Assembly: GCF_050320075.1 (NCBI RefSeq)
Contig: NZ_CP190018.1
Origin: Escherichia coli
Lineage (GTDB): Bacteria; Pseudomonadota; Gammaproteobacteria; Enterobacterales; Enterobacteriaceae
Reading direction: 5' to 3' (one strand)
DNA: 64,000 bases
The translations under genes were made by a program, and so were the position numbers. The notes under the pieces were generated by a model, which saw nothing but the letters and a program-made list of their open reading frames with translations, was not told the origin of the DNA and made no database searches. Positions 58,248 through 64,000 of this stretch are shown one piece after another (positions within the stretch are counted from its first letter, which is position 1; each line of letters opens with the position of its first letter).

Positions 58248-59045
58248 ATGTCAGCAGGACAAAGGAAGGAGCAAAAGTTGATACCCGTAGAGCGTCGCCA
58301 AATCATCCTTGAGATGGTAGCTGAAAAAGGCATTGTCAGTATTGCTGAACTAACGGACAGAATGAATGTGTCACATATGACCATTCGTCGGGATTTACAA
58401 AAACTGGAGCAGCAGGGAGCCGTTGTGCTGGTGTCCGGAGGCGTCCAGTCTCCGGGACGCGTGGCGCATGAACCTTCTCATCAGGTAAAAACTGCGCTGG
58501 CAATGACGCAAAAAGCGGCTATTGGCAAGCTGGCGGCAAGTCTTGTTCAGCCGGGAAGTTGTATCTATCTGGATGCGGGAACGACCACGCTAGCGATAGC
58601 ACAGCATCTGATTCACATGGAGTCACTGACTGTGGTCACAAACGATTTCGTTATTGCGGACTACTTGCTCGACAACAGTAATTGCACAATTATTCACACT
58701 GGCGGTGCAGTGTGTCGGGAAAACCGTTCCTGTGTCGGGGAAGCCGCTGCGACCATGCTGCGCAGCCTGATGATTGATCAGGCTTTTATTTCTGCATCGT
58801 CATGGAGTGTGCGGGGGATTTCTACGCCAGCGGAAGATAAAGTCACGGTGAAACGGGCGATTGCCAGTGCCAGCCGCCAGCGAGTTTTGGTCTGTGATGC
58901 GACGAAATATGGTCAGGTGGCGACATGGCTGGCGTTACCATTAAGCGAGTTTGATCAGATTATTACAGACGACGGTTTGCCGGAGAGTGCCAGTCGCGCG
59001 CTGGCGAAGCAGGATCTCTCTTTGCTGGTAGCGAAAAATGAATAA
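58248..59045 (+). CDS. ygbI: DeoR-family transcriptional repressor (true start may be a few codons downstream)
   Basis: N-terminal HTH (IVSIAELTDRMNVSHMTIRRDL) plus DeoR C-terminal sugar-phosphate sensor domain; divergent from ygbJ. Confidence 0.85.
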   Translation: MSAGQRKEQKLIPVERRQIILEMVAEKGIVSIAELTDRMNVSHMTIRRDLQKLEQQGAVVLVSGGVQSPGRVAHEPSHQVKTALAMTQKAAIGKLAASLVQPGSCIYLDAGTTTLAIAQHLIHMESLTVVTNDFVIADYLLDNSNCTIIHTGGAVCRENRSCVGEAAATMLRSLMIDQAFISASSWSVRGISTPAEDKVTVKRAIASASRQRVLVCDATKYGQVATWLALPLSEFDQIITDDGLPESASRALAKQDLSLLVAKNE

Positions 59046-59095
59046 TGGCCTGCAATAACACCGGGTTACTCATGCTTCACAGAAGAAGCATGAGA

Positions 59096-59752
59096 CTACT
59101 TTATTTTATAAAATGACAGCCGCCCGCTTTTCGGCGATCCGGTATCAATATAAATCTGGTTTGCGAACGTCTGAATGTTATCAAACATCATATGTCCAAA
59201 TATAAAATAATCAGCGCCGTTTATTTGTTGTAACTCGCCATTAAGCGATTTCTGCACACGATCAACAGGCCAGAGTAGTTCTCTCTCCGCTATTTCTTTG
59301 CCAAAGAGATATTCATTCCCCGGATAATCTGCATGTGCGATGACATATTTTATTATGTCGTTAGTGATTTCAATAATATGTGGAAGGCGATGAAATTTCA
59401 GCAACAGATTTATTGCTTCTTGTTGTTCCGTCTCATTTAATTCAAAGAACCAGTCGCCGCCGCTGGCAAGCCACATATTTCCATCGCCAGTTTCGAATGC
59501 ATCAAGCGCCATCGCTTCATGGTTGCCTTTAACCGATGTAAACCAGGGCTGGTTTAACAGGCGTAGTACGTTAAGACTCTCCGGCCCACGATCAATATTA
59601 TCGCCGACAGAAATAAGTAAGTCGGTTTCAGGGAAAAAAGAGAGTTGATGTAAGCGGGATTGTAATAATTGATAGTCACCATGAATATCACCAACGGCCC
59701 ATATATAACGATAGTGATGGGCATTAATTTTTTGATAGCGTGTAGATGGCAT
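59096..59752 (-). CDS. pphB: serine/threonine protein phosphatase 2 (calcineurin-like metallophosphatase)
   Basis: 218-aa ORF with GDIHG, GDxxDRG and GNHE motifs. Confidence 0.93.
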   Translation of the reverse strand: MPSTRYQKINAHHYRYIWAVGDIHGDYQLLQSRLHQLSFFPETDLLISVGDNIDRGPESLNVLRLLNQPWFTSVKGNHEAMALDAFETGDGNMWLASGGDWFFELNETEQQEAINLLLKFHRLPHIIEITNDIIKYVIAHADYPGNEYLFGKEIAERELLWPVDRVQKSLNGELQQINGADYFIFGHMMFDNIQTFANQIYIDTGSPKSGRLSFYKIK

Positions 59753-59857
59753 GGTTTTACCCTGTAAAATAAGATTTCCTATTATACAGGGTGTTTTTAT
59801 TTGATTCGTCTGTTGTCGTTAATATTCCCGATAGCAAAAGACTATCGGGAATTGTTA

Positions 59858-62419
59858 TTACACCAGACTCTTCAAGCGATAAATCCACTCCAGCGCCTGA
59901 CGCGGAGTCAGTGAATCCGGGTCGAGATTTTCCAGTGCTTCGACCGCAGGCGACGTTTCTTCTGGCACTGACAGCAAAGACATTTGCGTACCATCCACTT
60001 GCGTAGCGGCGGCGTTCGGCGAAATGCTTTCCAACTCACGCAGTTTTTGCCGTGCGCGCTTAATAACCTCTTTTGGCACGCCGGCCAGAGCTGCAACCGC
60101 CAGGCCGTAGCTTTTGCTCGCCGCGCCATCCTGCACGCTGTGCATAAAGGCAATGGTGTCGCCGTGCTCCAGCGCATCGAGATGCACGTTGGCGACGCCT
60201 TCCATTTTCTCCGGTAACTGGGTCAGCTCGAAATAGTGGGTGGCAAACAGTGTCAACGCTTTAATCTTATTCGCCAGATTTTCCGCGCACGCCCACGCCA
60301 GCGACAGACCATCGTAAGTGGACGTCCCGCGCCCAATCTCATCCATCAGCACCAGACTGTACTCGGTGGCGTTATGTAAAATATTGGCGGTTTCGGTCAT
60401 TTCCACCATAAAGGTTGAACGCCCGGATGCCAGATCATCCGCTGCCCCTACGCGGGTAAAGATGCGATCGATAGGTCCAATCTCGACTTTTTGTGCCGGT
60501 ACATAGCTGCCGATGTAGGCCATCAGCGCAATCAGTGCGGTCTGGCGCATATAGGTACTTTTACCGCCCATATTCGGACCGGTAATGATCAACATGCGAC
60601 GCTGCGGCGACAGGTTCAGCGGGTTGGCGATAAACGGCTCATTCAGCACCTGTTCAACCACCGGATGGCGGCCTTCGGTGATGCGAATACCCGGTTTATC
60701 AATAAAGGTCGGGCAGGTGTAGTTCAGCGTATAGGCCCGTTCTGCCAGGTTCACCAGCACGTCGAGTTCCGCCAGCGCGCTCGCGCTCTGTTGCAACGCT
60801 TCCAGATGCGGCAACAGCAGGTCGAACAACTCTTCATAAAGCTGTTTTTCCAGTGCCAGTGCTTTGCCTTTTGAAGTGAGAACTTTGTCTTCGTACTCTT
60901 TTAGCTCTGGAATAATGTAGCGTTCGGCGTTTTTCAGCGTCTGGCGGCGCATGTAGTTAATCGGTGCCAGATGGCTTTGTCCACGGCTGATCTGAATGTA
61001 ATAACCATGCACCGCGTTAAATCCGACTTTCAGCGTGTCCAGGCCGGTACGTTCACGCTCGCGGACTTCCAGACGCTCCAGATAATCGGTCGCGCCGTCA
61101 GCCAGCGCGCGCCACTCATCCAGCTCTTCGTTATAGCCCGATGCGATAACACCACCGTCGCGCACCAGTACCGGCGGTGTGTCGATAATGGCCCGCTCCA
61201 GCAGATCGCGCAGTTCGGCAAACTCACCCATCTTCTCACGCAGCGCCTGTACCGGAGCGCTATCGACATTTTCTAACTGCGCACGCAGCTCCGGCAGTTG
61301 CTGGAAAGCGTGACGCATACGGGCCAGATCGCGTGGGCGAGCAGTTCGTAAAGCCAGACGTGCCAGAATACGTTCCAGGTCGCCGACCTGACGCAGCACC
61401 GGCTGTAGCTCGGCGGTGAAATCCTGCAATGCGCCAATAGTTTGCTGGCGCTCAAGCAACACGCGGGTATCGCGCACTGGCATATGCAGCCAGCGTTTCA
61501 GCATACGACTACCCATTGGCGTTACAGTGCAGTCGAGCACTGAAGCCAGCGTGTTTTCCGCACCGCCCGCCAGGTTCTGAGTAATTTCCAGGTTACGACG
61601 TGTCGCGGCATCCATAATGATGCTGTCCTGCTCACGTTCCATGGTGATAGAACGAATATGCGGCAGGGTCGTACGTTGGGTATCTTTCGCATACTGCAAC
61701 AGACAACCGGCAGCACAAAGTCCGCGCGGCGCGTTCTCGACGCCAAAACCGACCAGATCGCGGGTGCCAAATTGCAGATTCAACTGCTGGCGCGCGGTGT
61801 CGATTTCAAACTCCCACAGCGGGCGACGGCGCAGGCCGCGACGGCCTTCAATTAACGACATTTCAGCAAAATCTTCTGCATACAGCAGTTCCGCCGGATT
61901 AGTGCGTTGCAGTTCTGCCGCCATCGTTTCGCGGTCAGCCGGTTCGCTCAGGCGAAAACGACCGGAACTGATATCCAGCGTCGCGTAGCCGAAACCTTTG
62001 CTGTCCTGCCAGATAGCCGCCAGCAGGTTGTCCTGACGCTCCTGCAACAGGGCTTCATCGCTGATGGTGCCTGGCGTAACGATACGCACAACTTTGCGCT
62101 CAACCGGACCTTTGCTGGTCGCCGGATCGCCAATTTGTTCGCAGATGGCAACGGACTCGCCCTGATTCACCAGTTTGGCGAGGTAGTTTTCCACCGCATG
62201 GTAGGGGATCCCCGCCATCGGGATCGGCTCTCCCGCGGAAGCACCGCGTTTGGTCAGTGAAATATCCAGCAGCTGCGAGGCGCGTTTCGCGTCGTCATAA
62301 AACAGTTCGTAAAAGTCACCCATCCGATAGAACAGCAGGATCTCGGGATGCTGGGCTTTCAGCTTGAGATACTGCTGCATCATGGGCGTATGGGCATCGA
62401 AATTTTCTATTGCACTCAT
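59858..62419 (-). CDS. mutS: DNA mismatch repair protein MutS
   Basis: 853-aa [43 protein letters not shown]..., Walker [10 protein letters not shown]. Confidence 0.98.
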   Translation of the reverse strand: MSAIENFDAHTPMMQQYLKLKAQHPEILLFYRMGDFYELFYDDAKRASQLLDISLTKRGASAGEPIPMAGIPYHAVENYLAKLVNQGESVAICEQIGDPATSKGPVERKVVRIVTPGTISDEALLQERQDNLLAAIWQDSKGFGYATLDISSGRFRLSEPADRETMAAELQRTNPAELLYAEDFAEMSLIEGRRGLRRRPLWEFEIDTARQQLNLQFGTRDLVGFGVENAPRGLCAAGCLLQYAKDTQRTTLPHIRSITMEREQDSIIMDAATRRNLEITQNLAGGAENTLASVLDCTVTPMGSRMLKRWLHMPVRDTRVLLERQQTIGALQDFTAELQPVLRQVGDLERILARLALRTARPRDLARMRHAFQQLPELRAQLENVDSAPVQALREKMGEFAELRDLLERAIIDTPPVLVRDGGVIASGYNEELDEWRALADGATDYLERLEVRERERTGLDTLKVGFNAVHGYYIQISRGQSHLAPINYMRRQTLKNAERYIIPELKEYEDKVLTSKGKALALEKQLYEELFDLLLPHLEALQQSASALAELDVLVNLAERAYTLNYTCPTFIDKPGIRITEGRHPVVEQVLNEPFIANPLNLSPQRRMLIITGPNMGGKSTYMRQTALIALMAYIGSYVPAQKVEIGPIDRIFTRVGAADDLASGRSTFMVEMTETANILHNATEYSLVLMDEIGRGTSTYDGLSLAWACAENLANKIKALTLFATHYFELTQLPEKMEGVANVHLDALEHGDTIAFMHSVQDGAASKSYGLAVAALAGVPKEVIKRARQKLRELESISPNAAATQVDGTQMSLLSVPEETSPAVEALENLDPDSLTPRQALEWIYRLKSLV

Positions 62420-62705
62420 GGGGTTATGTCCGGTTCCCTGATATTAAATGGGGTGTGATGGTTTTTATTTTCGTTGTAATCACATAAGGCGCACATGATA
62501 CCGGAGTTAATCATTTCAGGGGAAGAAGCGAACGGCGAGTTCTTGATGCTGGTTCCGGGAAAGATGCTGTTTTGCAGCTTTTGCGTGATGCTTATGAAGC
62601 AAGTACGCAAAATTGTATCGGTTGGCTAACCCTTCTTCTTTAGAGTCATAGTGCCCTTTAAGATTAAGTTGTAATATAAATGCATCTTAATGAGATGGAG
62701 GCAGC

Positions 62706-63050
62706 ATGTCCGGCAAGCGTATCTCTCGTGAAAAACTGACGATTAAAAAAATGATCGATCTTTATCAAGCGAAATGCCCGCAGGCGTCAGCGGAGCCGGA
62801 GCATTATGAGACGTTGTTTACTTACGCGCAAAAGCGGCTGGATAAATGTGTGTTCGGCGAAGAGAAACCAGCCTGTAAGCAGTGTCCGGTGCACTGTTAC
62901 CAGCCTGCAAAGCGTGAAGAGATGAAACAGATTATGCGTTGGGCTGGGCCGCGAATGCTGTGGCGTCATCCGATCTTAACCGTGCGTCATCTCATCGATG
63001 ACAAGCGTCCGGTGCCGGAGTTGCCAGAAAAATATCGTCCAAAGAAATAA
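62706..63050 (+). CDS. ygbA: nitrous-oxide-stimulated-promoter family Cys-rich protein YgbA
   Basis: 114-aa ORF with CxxxC pairs (KCPQ ... CKQCPVHCYQ). Confidence 0.8.
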   Translation: MSGKRISREKLTIKKMIDLYQAKCPQASAEPEHYETLFTYAQKRLDKCVFGEEKPACKQCPVHCYQPAKREEMKQIMRWAGPRMLWRHPILTVRHLIDDKRPVPELPEKYRPKK

Positions 63051-63088
63051 ATCTGCCGGAGAGCCATACTCTCCGGCAAATAAGGCGC

Positions 63089-63517
63089 TTACGCTTTGGT
63101 GGCAATCAGGATGGCTGATGCTTTGATCAATGCAATAACGCGCGAGCCAGTGGTGAGTTTCATTTCATCCTGACTTTCATTTGTTACCACTGCCACAATT
63201 TCAAAACCCGCATCCGTTTTGATATGGACAGTGGCGTTCACTGCGCCTTCGGTGATTGTCGACACGCTGCCAGCAAACTGGTTGCGAGCAGAGAATTTCA
63301 GTCCACAGTCTTCCGTTGCCAGCGTTACCCACGGGGCTTTAATCAGGGCAATCGCTTCTTTCCCTTTCGCCAGACCCAGCGCTTGCTGGCTGCTGTGAGT
63401 CACAATTGCCACCAGCTTTGCACCACCTGCCAGCGTCAGTTCTACTTCATCATTCACAGCGCCCATTGCTACTGCGCTAACTGTTCCGGTTAATTGATTT
63501 CTTGCTGAAACTGCCAT
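63089..63517 (-). CDS. tandem TOBE-domain molybdate-binding (Mop-like) protein; start at MAVSARNQ preceded by aggagg
   Basis: 142 aa made of two about 70-aa repeats (ARNQLTGTVSAV ... / ARNQFAGSVSTI ...), the TOBE/Mop signature. Confidence 0.75.
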   Translation of the reverse strand: MAVSARNQLTGTVSAVAMGAVNDEVELTLAGGAKLVAIVTHSSQQALGLAKGKEAIALIKAPWVTLATEDCGLKFSARNQFAGSVSTITEGAVNATVHIKTDAGFEIVAVVTNESQDEMKLTTGSRVIALIKASAILIATKA

Positions 63518-63561
63518 ACTGCCTCCTTTCATTGAACGTTGATCGAGTATAACCACATCTG

Positions 63562-64000
63562 TTAAATCAATGCCGATTTATCAATTCCCAGTCGCTTCAT
63601 CCGTGACAGCAGGGTCGTGCGTTTCAGCCCCAGACGTTGCGCAGCGCCTTTAGGCCCGGCAACCACGCCGTTGGTTTCTTTCAGCACGCGAACAATCAAC
63701 TGATATTCATCTTCGCCCTCCTGGGCGACAACCGTTGCGGCAGGCGGCGTTTCAGGCTCCGGTAAAGCAATATCTGGCAGTGACAGCTGCAGCACGTTGC
63801 CGCGTGTTAGCAATACCGCGCGCTCAATGACGTTTTCCAGTTCGCGTACGTTACCCGGCCACTCCATGTTGCTCAAGGTGCGCAGCGTCTCGGCAGGAAT
63901 GCTGTCGATATTGCGCCCGAGACGACGGGCAATTTTGAAGGTAAAGGCTTTCGCCAGCAGCGGAATATCTTCCGGACGCTCGCGTAGTGGCGGCAGGTGG
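63562..64000 (-). CDS. fhlA: formate hydrogenlyase transcriptional activator FhlA, C-terminal part (sigma-54 activator AAA+ end and HTH); N-terminus lies beyond the window
   Basis: frame is open to the window edge; IPLLAKAFTFKIARRLGRNIDSIPAETLRTL ... GNVRELENVIERAV ... HTH tail. Confidence 0.85.
   Translation of the reverse strand, partial: HLPPLRERPEDIPLLAKAFTFKIARRLGRNIDSIPAETLRTLSNMEWPGNVRELENVIERAVLLTRGNVLQLSLPDIALPEPETPPAATVVAQEGEDEYQLIVRVLKETNGVVAGPKGAAQRLGLKRTTLLSRMKRLGIDKSALI

Noticed and set aside
59753-59857. Hairpin ccctgtaaaataagatttcctattatacaggg followed by T-rich sequence between pphB and mutS
   Set aside because: The T-run is on the plus strand but both neighbouring genes are on the minus strand, so it does not act as their terminator; function unclear and too weak to call.

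Overview
The window reads as an Escherichia coli-type chromosomal segment (gene order matches the K-12 relA-to-fhlA region in inverted orientation, but the strain is not K-12). Left to right: rlmD (3' part), relA, the mazE-mazF toxin-antitoxin pair and mazG, pyrG, eno, ygcG, queE; a 21-repeat CRISPR array plus a small degenerate remnant; the poorly characterised ygc catabolic cluster (ygcE, yqcE / ygcW, ygcU, ygcS, ygcR, ygcQ / ygcP, ygcO, ygcN) split by a 1432-bp IS3-family element sitting in a REP palindrome; queD; cysJIH; a Hok-family type I toxin ORF missed by the ORF track; a complete type I-E CRISPR-Cas operon (cas3-cse1-cse2-cas7-cas5-cas6e-cas1-cas2) with an 11-repeat array; iap; cysDNC; ygbE-ftsB-ispDF-truD-surE-pcm-nlpD-rpoS; an rpoS-mutS accessory segment (MarR regulator plus UbiX/UbiD-type decarboxylase); the ygbNMLKJ/ygbI acid-sugar cluster; pphB; mutS; ygbA; a Mop-like di-TOBE gene; and the 3' end of fhlA. 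I found no clearly new defence system; the CRISPR-Cas and toxin-antitoxin modules belong to known families. The least-described signal is a pair of mirror-image, sequence-related leader terminators on either side of the divergent yqcE/ygcW promoter region, in a locus that also encodes a GlpP-family antiterminator (ygcP). All coordinates were counted by hand and may be off by 1-2 bp; no database searches were run.
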